64,000 nucleotides of DNA from Octopus vulgaris (GCA_951406725.2 OX597815.1:207824001-207888000), one strand, 5' to 3'. Numbered from the stretch's first letter, positions 25,728 to 40,620 are shown. Program-made: numbers and translations. Notes: generated by a model from the letters alone, not told the origin.

Positions 25728-26430
25728 AGCACCATAAATAGAGTAAGTGATCAGAAATTGAACAATAACCAGCTTACTGACTTTGATAATCTCTTCTTAG
25801 AATCTGGTCATTCAATTACTGCAGTGTAAGCAGGAAATCTTCTGAGCTCCATAAATCTTGTTATTTGTCAAAATTACTGTCTTTCACCGAAAGTGACTAT
25901 CCTTGTTTTATTTCTTCTATTCAAATTATGTAAGAAGTACTTGTCAATTCGAGTCTACGATGTAGTTTTAATATTCACTCAAACCTTCAGATTCATTACA
26001 ATTCTATAACATAACTATTTTATGGGAGGCTGTCTTTTTCCCCCCCTGTCATACATAACGAACATGGATGACTTTCTCTTGATGTATGTCACTAATACTG
26101 TTCACGAAGACATTAAACATCACTTTTTCTTCTTCCAATAACAAAAAAAAAATGAGAGAAACAAAATAAAACAAAACGAAAAAAAACCCCAAAAGAAATG
26201 AATTACTCTCAATGGAACAAAAACAAACAAAAAAAATATGAAGAAATTTGGCGTTTGATTTTGGTTTAGTACATTTTTTTTTTTTTTTTATAATCTTGAC
26301 AAGATATTGAACCTACAATCACTTTGACTATTAATGAAGTAAATAATGAATCAAATGAAATTTCAATAATGACACGTTTGTTTGATCTGCTTTGCAAATT
26401 TCTTCTCATTTCCATTCATTTCTTATCTAT

Positions 26431-26479
<49 letters not shown>

Positions 26480-26520
26480 GTTGTTGTTGTTATTCTTCTT
26501 ATTATTATTATCATCTTCAT

Positions 26521-26558
<38 letters not shown>

Positions 26559-26707
26559 TACTATACTATTGTTGTTGTTGTTATTCTTCTTCTTATTATT
26601 ATTATCATCTTCATCATCATTATTATTATTATTATTAATTATTTTTGTTCTTCCTTGCAGTCACTGTCTTTCCCTCCTGTATTTTGTAACCAATCAATTT
26701 ATCTATG

Positions 26708-26741
<34 letters not shown>

Positions 26742-27284
26742 TATATGGAGTGTGTGTATATTCACACATACACACACATATATATATAATATATCTACAC
26801 ATATATACACATGCATATTCACTCTCTCTCACACACACAAATACACGCATACATACACATGTACACATACACATACTCACACACACACACACACACACGA
26901 TGCACAGGCTGGCTGAATAGTCAAGAAGTGTGTTTCACAACCACAGGATTCCAGGTTCAATTTTGGGCAAATTTTATTTCCACTGGTTTCAGATTTACCA
27001 TTACTTTGCAAGTGAAATAGAACAGGTGGAAACTGTACAGAAACCTGCTTAATTGATTGCACTCATAATTCAAAAGATACAGCCTCGTCTCACCCACACA
27101 TTGTGTCACACCAATTCTGCTAGGAAATTGCTTTAAAGGTGCATCCGTTTATAGAATAGTCAACCACTTACAAGTGAATTCAATGAGCAGGTAGTTCTAT
27201 CAATGAAATAACTGAATCCTAATCACTGAAAATGAGAGAGAATCAGCCATACACAATATATTGTCATCATCATCGTCATAGTCA

Positions 27285-27330
<46 letters not shown>

Positions 27331-27347
27331 CATTATCATCATTATTA

Positions 27348-28073
27348 CAGGTCGTCATTGACTTATGACCACAACTGGTTCTGACTGACTGGTCATAAGT
27401 TGGCCAATAGGTCTACATAAAAAAAATAAAATAAATGCACCCTTTTTAAAGCCTAGTCAGGCTCATGGGCCCAGTTTCTCAGTTTCTATGGCGTATGTGT
27501 TCCCCAGCTGGATGGGACGCCATTCCATCGCAGCGTTACTCACTTTTGCCAGCTGAGTGGACTGAAGCAACGTGAAATGAAGTGTTTTGCTCAAGAACAC
27601 AACGCGTCGCCCGGTCCAGGAATCGAAACCACAATCTTACGATCATGATGCTGACACCCTAACCACTAAGCCACGTGCCTCCACATAGGTCTATATAGCT
27701 TTGTTTTATATTTTTACATTCTTAAGGTACATTCTCAGGCAAAAGTCACACACAGCATTCTGTATTATACTACAACAGTGTTATTTGTTCGGAGTCTCAA
27801 GCAGTCGTCTAAAAAAACCATTACAAGGTTACCTTGATGTCTCCGTGACAGGATATTCATTCAACACTTGGGATAACCACAGTGGTGATCGAAAACCAAA
27901 CCTAGGGCAAGCATTTGTCAGCTGACATCATCCATAGATGGGTTAATTTCAAAGAAATTAAACTCATTAGGTTTCAACTGGACTATATATTACTGCTGCT
28001 GGGAGCTGGCATGCCAATCATTATAAAGTCAATTGGTTGTAAGTCAGATAGGTCGTAAGTTGATGACGACCTG
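27348..28073. mobile_element. Tigger/pogo-type deletion derivative
   Basis: TA|CAGGTCGTCATTGACTTATGACC ... GGTCGTAAGTTGATGACGACCTG|TA: 23-bp TIR (20/23 match) and TA TSD. Confidence 0.85.
27420..27684 (-). mobile_element. SINE family D nested in the Tigger-like element
   Basis: TSD ATAGGTCTAYATA at 27407-27419 and 27685-27697; A-box TGGCTTAGTGG. Confidence 0.85.
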
Positions 28074-29236
28074 TATTGTTGAGTGAGAGAGCAGTGCATG
28101 CCATCAAAGTGACTCTGGGGTAAAATATATGACCTGTCTGATAAGGGTACACCAGGGTCATGCATCACAACCAAATGTGCATGGCATGATGATCTTGTAT
28201 CAAGATAAACAGTGCATGACCTTGCAGGTGGGGCTCAGTTAGAATTTTCTTCTGATCGAGTAGCCCATCCTGCTCAAAAGGTCCCTGAATAAGGGTTGTT
28301 TAAGGATGGTGAACGAAACATCCATGCTTCCAGAGGTGAATTATTCAAACCCCAAAGAATCCCTTCTCAACACATGGCTATGATGCTCCCCTACTACTTC
28401 TGCTCGTGATCAGAGATGCACATATTGTCAGCCATTAAGGGACATGGTTAAGGTCAAACAACTGGAAAGCAAATCTAAGTGTGTGTGTGTGTATATATAT
28501 ATATACATATATATATAGGGATGATGGGCGACCAAGACCCCCGATGGTTTGCTGTACTTGAAAAGACATGCCAAGCTAAGTAAAAGCATGGCAGCCCTTG
28601 TATACAGGCTCGCCCCTGCAACCCTCTCCAGCTGAGCATCCCTAATCTTGTGGGTTTGTAAGTGGTGGTGCCACATCAAAGGATCCATACCGATGCTGTG
28701 CAAAAGCCCTCAGCACACTCTGTAAAGGAATTGGCATTAGAAAGGACATCCAGATGAAGAAACCATGTCAAAACAAGCATGGAGCCTAAACAGCCCTTCA
28801 GCTGGTCAGCTCCTATCAAACTGTCCAACCCATGCTGCCATGGAGAACGGACGTTAAATGATGAAGATGATGATGAGGATGCGTGCATGCGTGCATGAGT
28901 GTGTGTGCATCACCACCTTGACTAGCTTCCGTGCTGGTGGCACCTAAAAAGCACCATCCGAATCGTGGCTGATGCCAGCGCTGCCTTGACCGGGTTCTGT
29001 GCCGGTGGCATGTAAAATGCACCAATCCCATCGTGGCCATTGCCAGCCTCGCCTGGCACCTGTGCAGGTGGCACGTAAAAAGCACCCACTACACTCACGG
29101 AGTGGTTGGCGTTAGGAAGGGCATCCAGCTGTAGAAACCCTGCCAGATCAGACTGGAGCCTGGTGCAGCCTCCTGGCTTCCCAGATCCCCGGTCGAACCA
29201 TCCAACCCATGCTAGCATGGAGAACGGATGTTAAAC

Positions 29237-29267
<31 letters not shown>

Positions 29268-29574
29268 TATGTATGGTGTGAGCTGGGGAGGGGATCATGG
29301 ATGTATAAATTATACAGCATAAATCCAAACATTTTCTGCACTTTTATCTGTTGAATCTCCAGATCCCAATTACGAAGATTAAAGAAACAGCAGAAAATAT
29401 TATTCTCTCACTGTTTTCAGCTTTACTGTAAATATTTTATTGGATGTTGTATATTGCTCGCCTCTCAACAGCGAGAATTTTGCAACTACCATTCAGTGTA
29501 GTTTAGCGCATTAATTATATCACACACACATGAACATATAAATATATGTATGTTTGTGTGTATGTATGCATGCA

Positions 29575-29612
<38 letters not shown>

Positions 29613-29647
29613 CTTTTTCTCTCTCTCCATTTTTTCCCCTTTCATCC

Positions 29648-29683
29648 CTTTCTGTCAAAGAGTATTGGCTCGAAACATCAAAG
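29648..29683 (+). ncRNA. Decayed minimal hammerhead-like motif
   Basis: CTTT-CTGTCAAA-GAGT(attg)GCTC-GAAA-CATC-AAAG; homologous to 55967-56004. Confidence 0.45.
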
Positions 29684-29849
29684 ACTTTTCCATTTTCCCC
29701 AAGAGTCAAACTAATACACCTGCTTGTTGTTCTCTCACCTGTCTCTATCGTTTGTTTTCTGTATATTTGAACCATAAAAACACATATCTTTATTAAATTT
29801 TTACAAGAGAGGTAACAGCGACTTCAAACTTTTGATCAGCTAGCCTTTA

Positions 29850-29926
<77 letters not shown>

Positions 29927-29992
29927 TATATTCATATATATATATATACATATTTATATATATATATATATGGACGTTAAACGACGATGATG

Positions 29993-30023
<31 letters not shown>

Positions 30024-30885
30024 TATATATATATATATTCATATATATATATACATATTTATATATATATACATATATATATATATACATATTTATATAT
30101 ATGTATATATATATATATGTATTTGCTGCAATGTTTGCAGCTTTTAATAAAGCTGTTCTTCGTATGAAACAATTGTACTGAACAACTAATCCATTCTTGT
30201 TGCTTTTTTCTTGTTATATATATATGTATATATATACATATTTATATATAAGCATGCAACTCTGTATATGTGTGGGGGCACTATTTTCAGATGCTCCTGG
30301 GAGATAGTCCAAGAAACAGTAGGTGGATTGTTAGAGAATGTAAGTGATGCTGAATAGTGAAAGAAATTTAAATAATAAATAAACAAATCAATAAATATAA
30401 ATTTGAATAATGAGATAAAAAAGACAAAGAAACAATAAAAAGACTATTAGATTAAGCAAAAGAAAAAAAAACAGAATAAATTTATATTTCTGTTTGTAAA
30501 CTTTTACTTCTCTCCGACTCTGAATATATCTTGTTTGAGAAAACATGAGATGTGGTACGAGGAGAAAATGAAAGAAAAGAAAAGTTATAATGATGTTGAT
30601 TATAATGATGGTCATACCCTCAGCATTATTTTTATAAGAGCAAGAAACAGTATTTCCATATTATTTCCTTAATAATGTTTAAACAATAACAATAAAAAAG
30701 AAAAAAATACTAAAGGGAAAAAATTAATGCCATATATTATTTACTTTGCGCATCATCCACTGTAACTGTCAAAACCAGCTGATTGTAAATTAACAATCTA
30801 GATCCAAATAGAATCTTAACTCATTATGACATTTCCCTTGTCACTTTGTCATCATCTGTTCTCTATGGCAATGGACACCCATCAT

Positions 30886-31147
30886 CATACTTTACCGTCA
30901 ACGACAATAAGCACACCCTTCCTCCCCATCATACTTCACCTTCAACGACAATAAACACACCCTTCTTCCTCACCATACTTCACCTTCAACGACAATAAAC
31001 ACACCCTTCCTTCTCACCATACTTCACCTTCAACGACAATAAACACACCCTTCCTTCTCATCATACTTCACCTTCAACGACAATAAACAAACCTTCTCCT
31101 CATTGTACTTCACCATCAATGACAATAAACAAGCCCTTCCTCTCCTT
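30886..31147. repeat. 44-bp minisatellite, 6 units
   Basis: catacttcaccttcaacgacaataaacacacccttccttctcac starting at 30886, 30930, 30974, 31018, 31062 and ~31104. Confidence 0.93.
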
Positions 31148-31487
31148 TACTCACTTTATGCTAAATGAGACATTTATGACACTGTCCTAATCCTGTAATT
31201 GATTGTTGTTGCAGTTGCCTTTTTTTTTGCTTTCATTTCTTCATTATTGTTAGAATTTTAATGACTATTAGAAAAAAAAACCATTCCTTGTCATTGCTAT
31301 TTTATATTATGAAATTCATCAGTGCAGCTGCAGCTGTTAGCCATGTCTGTGGCTGTGGTTGTAATTCTTGTAGTTATCATTACCAGAAGTGGTAGCGAGT
31401 GTCAATAACTTCTGCTTATATCCATTGTATTCACTGTTTTCATTTTTATCATTATTTCATCATATATGTATATATATGGATGTATAT

Positions 31488-31533
<46 letters not shown>

Positions 31534-31595
31534 ATATTTATATTCACCTCACTAAATTTATTTCCACATTGAATTCTTCATTTTATCTAATATGA

Positions 31596-31965
31596 TCCTC
31601 CTCCTCCTCCTCCTCATCCCCTCCTTCTCCTCTTCCTCCTTCTAGCAACCCACCACCACTACCCCTTACCACCGTTGCCACACTCTTCCTCCTCCTCCAC
31701 CTCTTCCTAGCAATCCACCACCACCCGTTGCCACCATTGCCACTCTCCTCCTCCTCCTCCATCTCCACCTCTTCCTAGCAACCCACCACCACTCCTTACC
31801 ACCATTGCCACTCTCCTCCTCCTCCTCCTCCACCTCTTCCTAGCAATCCACCACCACTCCTTACCACCTTTGCCACTCCCCCCTCCTCCACCTCCTCCTT
31901 CATCTCCACCTCTTCCTAGCAACCCACCACCACTCCTTACCACCACTGCCACTCTCCTCCTCCTC
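31596..31965. repeat. C-rich ~60-75-bp minisatellite, ~5 units
   Basis: Recurring ctcttcctagcaa(c/t)ccaccaccac...ttgccactctcctcctc. Confidence 0.85.
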
Positions 31966-32423
31966 ATCCCCTTCATCATCATCATCGTTGTCATCATTGC
32001 CACTGTCATCATCATCATCAACATTAACATCATCGTTGTCATGTCCCAGTCATCGTCATCATTGTCATCACTCTCTTTCATTTTATATCTTCCTGATTTT
32101 TCCACTCATTTCGCTTTTTCATTCTTTTATTGAAATTTATCTTTCATTTTTTCCAATTTTTCTGACCCTATATATGTTTTTTTTCTTTTCTTTTTCGTTT
32201 TTCTTTGTTGGATAGATGGTGGGGTGGGGATATTTCAAAGTACCTTGCTTTTTACCTTGTGTACTATTTTTCTGGTTTTCTTTCTTTCTTTTTTTAAATT
32301 CCTTTGCCCTTTATTTGGCTAAAACATCTCTTTCCTATTTTCTCTGTTTCTAACCACCATCCTAATTTTCTCTTCTTTGAGATATTTTTCTTTCCTTTCT
32401 GAGTTATTATTTTCTTTCTATAG

Positions 32424-32806
32424 ATGCAGGGGTGGCTGTGTGGTAAGTGGTTTGCTTAGCAACCACATGGTTCTGGGTTCAGTCCCACTGTGTAGCATCT
32501 TGGTCAAGTGTCTTCTACTATAGCCTTGTGAGTGGATTTGGTAGACAGAAACTGAAAGAAGCCTGTCGTATATATGTATATATATATGTGTGTGTATCTA
32601 TGTTTGTGTGTCTGTGTTTGTCCCCCAACCATCGCTTGATAACCGATGCTGGTGTGTTTATGTTTCTGTCACTTAGCGGTTCAGCAAAAGAGACCAATAG
32701 AATAAATACCAGGCTTACAAAGAATAAGTCCCGGGGTTGATTTGCTCGACTAAAGGTGGTGCTCCAGCATGGATGCAGTCATATGACTGAAACAAGTAAA
32801 AGAGTA
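32424..32806 (+). mobile_element. SINE family A
   Basis: Head to tail on the plus strand. Confidence 0.88.
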
Positions 32807-33851
32807 ATGACCTCACTCCTACAAGTTACAGATGTTGACTTTACTATGTACAAACACTAATGTAACCCTTTTAAAATACTAAATAATTGTTTCTAACATA
32901 GATGTAAGTTCAGAAATTTAGAGGAAAGGAACAATCAGTTACATTGATCCCAGTACTTTAATTTAGTAGCCCTCAAGGAATGAAAAGAAAAGCTTGCCAC
33001 AGTGTGATTTGATCTCAGATTATAAAGAATTTCTAATTTAGATACAATTTTAACTTAGAATTGGATTTAGAATTAGAATAGACTTTCTAAAAAGCAGCAA
33101 CCGATCATGGCTGCTGCCAGCCTCCCCTGGCACCTGTGCCGGTGGCACGTAAAAAGCACCCACTACACTCACGGAGTGGTTGGCGTTAGGAAAGGCATCC
33201 AGCTGTAGAAACACTGCCAGATCAGACTGGGGCCTGGTGCAGCCCCCTGGCTTCCCAGACCCTGGTCGAACTGTCCAATCCATGCTTGCACGGAAAACGG
33301 ATGTTAAACGATGATGATGATTATGATGATGATGATGCAAGGTCAGAGATTTTGAGGGAAGGGATTAGCTGATTTCATAGATTGCAGTATTTGACTGGGT
33401 TTTCAGTTTATCAACTCCAAAAGAGTAAGTGTCATAGTTGGCCTTGGTGGGATTTGAACTTAGAATATAAAGAGATAGAAGAAATGTCATAAGGCATATT
33501 TTCTGATGCTTTAATGATTCCACCACCTTAACAATGCTAAATAATATTAGTTTCAAATCTTGGCACAAGGCCAGCAGATTCAGGAGAGGAGTAAGTCAGT
33601 TACATCGCCCCCAGTACTCAACTGGTACTTATTTTATTGACTCTGAAAGGATGAAAGGCAAAGTCGACCTTGGCAGAATTTGAACTCAGAATGTGATGAT
33701 AGATAAAATGTTGCTAAGCGTTTTGCTCAGCATGATTCTGCCAGCTTGCCACCTTACATTGCAAAATAAATTCATTCTTATCCTGGAAGGAGGAACATAA
33801 AAATCAACTTCAGCAGCATTTGAACTCTGGACATAGAGGAAAATAACCTTG

Positions 33852-34204
33852 CTCACAACATCATAAGCGGAAAGTGTAACCTCTCGAAAGAGCTGTTCTT
33901 CACTCATGCTCCAGAGCGTCGGCTGCGGGGTCATTCTGAAAAGCTCTATCTGCGACGATTTCATCTCAATCGAAGGAGAGGGACTTTCTCCGTTTGGGTT
34001 GCGGATCTGTGGAATAAGCTGCCGGACAAGATGGTGAAGATGCCGACGACCGTTCTGTTCAAAGTCTCTCTTGACCAGAAATGGCCTGAACTCTTTGCAT
34101 GAACACCCCCCTGTACATAACTCCATGTCCCCCTACATGGCCTTGCTTTTTGCTTTTTGAGCCAAAAAATTAACTTATCTAACTTAACTTAACTTAACTT
34201 AACC
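33852..34204 (+). mobile_element. CR1-clade LINE 3' fragment
   Basis: HNIISGKCNLSKELFFT...RGHSEKL...WPELFA*, (AACTT)n tail, possible TSD TAACCTTG at 33844-33851 and 34200-34207. Confidence 0.92.
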
Positions 34205-34361
34205 TTGTACTGCAAGGTTAAATAACAATATAACAGTTAAATAGCAATATAACCAACAGCTTGTGATAGTTTGGAACCTTCTTTGGTTTGTCACAGCCTG
34301 GTTTGCAGATGGTTCCGCACAGGCTCATATTGAAGTAATTGATATCCTTGGTGGAATCATT

Positions 34362-34671
34362 TGTTGTTATTTGTTCCTTTTCGAGCCATGCCTGGCTCAT
34401 AGGGCTGGTTTCCCAGTTTCCTTGACGTATAGGTTCCCCACCTGGACAGGACGCCGGTCCATCACAGGTGAGCTGCAAGATGCAGGAGGAAAAGAGTGAG
34501 AGAAAGTTGTGGTGAAAGAGTTAGTAGAAGTTCGCCATTACCTTCCGCCGGAGCCACGTGGAGCTTAGGTATTTCGCTCATAAACACAGACATCGGCCGG
34601 TCTGAGATTCAAACCCACGATCTCTCGACTGCGAGTCCACTGCTCTAACCACTAGGCCATGTGCCTCCACA
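34362..34671 (-). mobile_element. tRNA-derived SINE family C (V-domain-like)
   Basis: A-box TGGCCTAGTGG; TSD TGGTGGAATCATT at 34349-34361 and 34672-34684; second copy at 57317-57618 nested in a SINE A head. Confidence 0.88.
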
Positions 34672-37479
34672 TGGTGGAATCATTAGAAAGTCAGAGAAAA
34701 TGCCTTGCAGTATTTAGTTGCACAACTGCTCATTCTGAGATCAAATGCTGCAAAGGTCAACTTTGCCTTTCATCTCTCTGAGGGTTGATAAAAATAAAGT
34801 ACCAATGATGGACTAGTATTGGCTTAATTGACTGACCCCATCCTCCAAAATTTCTGGCTTTGCCTATGGAATGTTTTGTTACTATATAACTTAAGAAATG
34901 GTTATTATCATAACAATAACATAAAAACAACAGCTGCTACACTTGTAACCAGTCCAACAACAGATCAACAACAAGAAAGCACTTAACCATAACAACCACA
35001 ATTAAAAACATTAAAAGAGGCAACAGGGTATTTGGTAAAAAAAAATATAATTTCAAAAAATTTTTGTTGAATCAGTTCTAACCCATAGCAAATATACTCA
35101 AAGTATAAAAATTTAGGTTAACAAAAGAATATAAAGAGAATATACAAATGTGTACAAATAACTACGAAATACAAGGATGAATAAATCTGGCATTTATTCC
35201 AGGTTACAGTTGTATTATGATACCAGATTACTATAAGTAGCATTCCCAGAAGATCTGGCACATTTTCTGAACTGCTATATGAATGGAAAAATCTAGGAAT
35301 TAGCGAATTAAGTGCTTGGAGACTCTCAATGCAATGTCTCCAAGGAATATAGAATTAAAACCCATAAGCAGGTAGTTTAATATCTTATCTAGGTCGTTAT
35401 TTGTATGATTAATGAACCAATGTTTTTATACATGGTTGCTCAATCTTCAAAAGACATCAGCCAAAATCTGCCTCATACCTTATCATCTTACAAAAGGAAA
35501 TGGTAAAGCGGATAATGCAATCCTAGATAAACTCAACTAGAAAACAAAGACAAGATGGTCATGGCTAGAACACTTTTGATCAAAGGTCTGGTTAATTAAC
35601 GTCATCCTGGAGTTGAATAATATTTGCATAAGGCCCCAGACACAACAGAATATGCTTCAACACACAAACTTATATAAAGAATCTTGCAAACCAAATCCAA
35701 AAACGAAATATAAGGCCACAAGTTTTGATGAAAAATGTGTGGTTAATTTAATCAACCCCAATATCTGACTGGTATTTTATTGTATCTACCCAGGGATTTG
35801 AATGCAGAAGAAAAAGGAGCTGCGAGACTCAATAACGACAAGACAGATTATGATCGTCTGTATTCTTCTGGATCCGTCTTTGGGTGTCATTGATGCTATT
35901 GGTGTCATTATTATAATACCATGAACCAAGTCTGAAACCACACTAGGAATATAACCAACAAGAAAACACACAAACATGACCACAGTGACCACTGCAAAAG
36001 CAAAACTTTAAAAGACAATGAAAAAAAAAAAGAATAACAGAAGAAAGAACCAAAATAATACCTATTTCTTTATTACCCACAAGGGGCTAAACACAGAGGG
36101 GACAAACTAGGACAGACATAGGTATTAAGTCGATTACATCGACTCCAGTGCGTAACTGGTACTTAATTTATCGACTCCGAAAGGATGAAAGGCAAAGTCG
36201 ACCTTGGCGGAATTTGAACTCACAACGTAACGACAGACGAAATACGGCTACACATTTCGCCCAGCGTGTTAACGTTTCTGCCAGCTCGCTGCCCTTTAAT
36301 AATACCAGCAATCAAATAAACAGTGGCCAGTGTCTCTTCTAACTTCACTATTGTACAAAATGAAACAAACCATTGATGAAGGACATAATGCAACACGGAA
36401 ACAAAATATAAACAAAAAGTAGTTGCTTTTGTAAAGCTTGTCCCAAAAAACACCTGTATTTAGACTTCAGATAAAACACCCCCGATTTTCTTTATCGTTG
36501 TCATCTAACACAAAATCTCCCATATGCAAAGGAAGTTTTCTGCGAATTGCAGCTAAGCAAATTTATCTTAGGCGAGATATCCCCATTCTATCAAGAAGGC
36601 TGAATTACCCATTCTTTGAAATCAGGCTAAGTGAAATTATTCACTTTTTTCTCCACCCACATTAGCTGTATTGAGAATTAGTTCTATAAATGATTATGGT
36701 ATGGGAGAAAACGCACATGCTTAATGACTTTAGGGATCCAGGTGTGTGTATATGATATTCCTCGGTGAAACCAAAGTTTCCTGAAATTGTATTTCTTCTC
36801 AATGAAGAAATCTTAAAGCTTTCATGGGAATATCCCACTTATCAGTGCTAGAGAGTGACTGGAATGGAATCTTGCATACAAACTAGGATTGCGGGGAGTA
36901 GTCAACTGAATAAGGTGGTGTAAAAGTTTTAAGTTATCAATATTCAATATGAACAGAATATTTAAGTCAGCATTTAATGATAGTATGGGATGACTGCAAT
37001 TTTGGCTGGGTCACTACACATTCCACAAGTATGTGATTTCAACAGTCACATATTGAACCCCACCACTGTCTATGTGTGCTTGGTCAGAAATGGAGAGGCA
37101 GGAGTGTGGTGGGGTTTAATTACAGGAAACAGAATGCATCGTTCCTGGAATGGAAAACCTATAATGACTGAATTAGCAAACTAGTTGAGTGGAGGATGAT
37201 GCTGAAGGGATGATTATCAACAACTGGTAGTTGTTCTCTTGGAAGTGATCCATCATTGTAAAATCGATAGAAAAGAATTAATAGTAAAGAACAAGGAATG
37301 AACTGGTCAGCAGATTAGAAGAATCTGTGGGAAAAGATGATACTACCAATGTGCTGTAAACAAAAATTGTATCCATCCATTTCAGACTTTGGACACATAT
37401 GCACTAAGAAATGGAGCAAGGAAACCCTTTGATCTGCACAGATGGTTGAGGTGCAATGTAGAAACAAATCCATGATTTT

Positions 37480-39950
37480 ACAGACCATGATGAATATGTG
37501 CTACTTGATTTTAGGTGGACATGTACAGTTTTCCAGTAGTATTTTGTGTGACTGTTTGAAAATAGTGATGGGTCAGAGATGTTGAATCTTAGTGCCTACT
37601 TTGATGGTCACTTCACAAAAGAAATGGTGAAGTGCTGTGTAAAACTAAAAGCTGAGTCACTGTTGGTGATAACTGATTGAGCCTAGTTTGGATGGCCTGT
37701 TTTATGGTTATATACCAAACTTGTATACTCCTGTCATGGCAAACATCTATTGCAACTTATAGCAGATTGGGGACTATGTTGGTGGTACAAATGAGTTAGG
37801 ATCCAAACAAGAAGATAATATCAGCAATTTCTGGCCCATAATGCCATTAAACATAGAATTTAAAGTTTAGATAACAAGCTGAAACTTGTTATCAATAGTG
37901 TGGCCTGGACCATTCCGATCCGTAAGATTCCCAGAAGATCTATCCATGAAAACTTCTACCTCGTGTGATATGATGGAGAAAAGGTTTGTAATAAATCTGG
38001 CTTTGATTGGGTTTTAATCCACTTTCATTAGAGATGCCCACCAATATTTGGTTGTGTCCTCAATGCAACCATTTCTCTCTACTTACAGGGGCTGGTTCAA
38101 TTTAACTTGAGTAGCAACAAATCAGTGATCCAAGTAAATGGTTACCTTTCAGGACTATTTCAAATCACCTGCTTCGTCAGTCAAAGTTTTTTTCTCTCAT
38201 TGCTCCTGTAAATTTTGTCTCTTGAACAATTAATGGGGAAGATGAAGATATTGAAATACCTAGGTGGTGGTGGTGGTGTGTGTATGTGTGGGGGGGCAAA
38301 CTAAAGTAATATCAGGTGGTAAAGGGAGGATACATTAACCTAGACAAGCTGGTAACTTGCAGCTCATGTACCTGGAGAAACAAAGCAGTATTGTGGGTCG
38401 CTGGATTGATGGTTCTGTTGAAATGCTTGGGATCTATTTCAGCCCAGATTTCCAGATGGTTAGGAAGTGGGATGAGGTTTTTCTAGCTGAGTGGCTTATC
38501 TCATCCACTTATAGTCTGACTAGAAGCTATCCCTGCAAATTGTATCTTAATCCAGTTTCCTTCTGACTATATTGGAATATTTAACCATTATTTCCTGTAG
38601 AAGGGACACTTTCCACTGTTCAGAAGGCCCATCTGATAACAACAACCAGTAAATACAGAGTTCAGTATGTGATGTACAGGAATGCACTGAGGCTGGAATA
38701 TCTGCAGAGATTCCTGAATGGCAACCAAGTACAGTCTCCATTTATCATGCATTTGTCTTCCCCCAACTCATCCCTTTGAGAGAGCTGTAGTCCAGGGTTA
38801 AGTAAAGACCAAGATTAGGCCCTTGGTATCTAGAAGTTTGTTAAATGCTTACAGTTCCCCACCGGCTGGGCAATATGATTGGTGGTATGTCAGCTCTTGC
38901 ATTCTATAACAGATTGGTAGCAAGCAAGAGCATCAACATTCTCCAGGAGACACTAGATGTTGAAGATTGACTGAACTATCTATTACAGGGGACTTTTGGC
39001 ATAGTAGCTATTGGCTATTTCCAAAAATCCCTGGCTGTGCTACTCTAGTCGTACCTGTTTTTTTTACTACCCACAAGGGGCTAAATACAGAGGGGACAAA
39101 CAAGGACAGACATAGGTATTAAGTCGATTACATCGACCCCAGTGCGTAACTGGTATTTAATTTATCGCCCCCGCGAGGATGAAAGGCAAAGTTGACCTCG
39201 GCGGAATTTGAACCCAGAATGTAACGGCAGACGAAATACAGCTACGCGTTTCGCCTGGCGTGCTAACGATTTTGCCAGCCCACCGCCTTATACTACTCTA
39301 GTAGTACCATCAGCTGAGTTTGTCTGAAATGAAACCATTTTGCATTCACTTGTTCAGTGACTGACCATTGCTGACTTGTGGAGGTTTGTTGAACAGCTGT
39401 TGTCACATAATAGAAAAATTAATTATTAGCCATGTCCATCAAGAGGATAGCTCCATCACTTTTCTTTGACTGAGAAGGACTGGTAGTTATTCTCTGTCTG
39501 GTGGCATAACAAAAGAGATTACATGACAGACAAGAGTGAAAGGGCTGAAGACAGACCCTTTCTCATCAACTTCTTTGTTTTCCACTTAGATAAAAAAGGG
39601 AAGGTCAGTAAGGGAGGCACTGTACTGAAAGGTATGTGACCATAAGAATGAACTGCCTGAATGAGCCTGCTCTTTGTAAGCCCCCATAAGCCAGAGAACA
39701 CCACAACCCTTGGTACTTAGTTAATGCTGGATCTATGAGGTTTCTTGGTTGACCCTAGGTGGATGACCCCTTAATTTGGATGTCACATTTCATTCCATTT
39801 GTAATTTCACTTTTATAAAAGAATAGGCATAAAAAATATCGAAATTTTTTATGCCTATTCTTTCATAAGAGACCCTATGAAAACTTCCACCGTTCTTTTG
39901 TAAACTGTTCTTGTACTGTCCCTTCATCCATTATTCATGTAAGAAATGGA
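37480..39950 (+). pseudogene. Decayed L1/Tx1-clade LINE ORF2
   Basis: IPRRSIHENFYLV, KSVIQVNGYLSGLFQITCFVSQSFFLSLLL (from 38119; cf. VNG.LS..F...RSVRQGCPLSPLL) and VGRWIDGSVEMLGIYFSPDFQ; SINE B inserted at 39056; boundaries approximate. Confidence 0.75.
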
Positions 39951-40229
39951 AGATATCATTTCTCTATAACATCTGGTAGAATCATTGGAATATTTGTTAA
40001 ATTGCCTTGCAGTAGATGTTTCAGTTGTTTACATTTTTAGTTCAAATCCTGCTGAGGCCAGTGTTTACCTTTCTTCCCTTCAGAATCACTAAAATGAAAT
40101 TCCAGCCAAGAACAACAGTTGAAGGCATCAGCAAACATCCTCCTCCAAATTTTAGGCATTGCGTTTATGTTGGAAGCAATTTCTTTTTCTTCAAATCAAT
40201 TGCTGAATTAGTTGTTTTCTATGACTCTT

Positions 40230-40620
40230 CAGCAGAGACACTGAACAAGGGACTTGGACAAGAGACAAGAACCTCGACACGAGAATGCTTTGTGCAGTTC
40301 TCAATCTTTCTTGGCGGCAAGATTCTTCGAAACAGGGACTGTATGGCAGTCTTCTTACTACCACCTCAGTAATTAGAAAAAAAAGACCATGTTATGCAGG
40401 ACACTACTGGAGAAGCAAAGAAGACATATCCAGCAATAATCTCCTTCACTGTAAACTCATTCATGGACATACAAAGATCAGCAGACCAACAAGAGCACAT
40501 ATTGATCATATTGTGGAGGACACTGGATATAAAATTGAGGATATGAAGACTCCTATGGAAGATCAAGACATCTGACAGGAAATTTGAATTGATCTAAGCA
40601 AAGTCACCTGATTGGATAAA
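40230..40620 (+). mobile_element. Old RTE-clade LINE 3' remnant
   Basis: RKKRPCYAGHYWRSKEDISS.LL...GRP-like...DTGYKIEDMKTPMEDQD; same motif order as 8982-9241. Confidence 0.75.

Noticed and set aside
30886-31147. CRISPR-like or coding repeat
   Set aside because: The 44-bp period is not a multiple of 3 and the variable part is only a pyrimidine run; a plain minisatellite.
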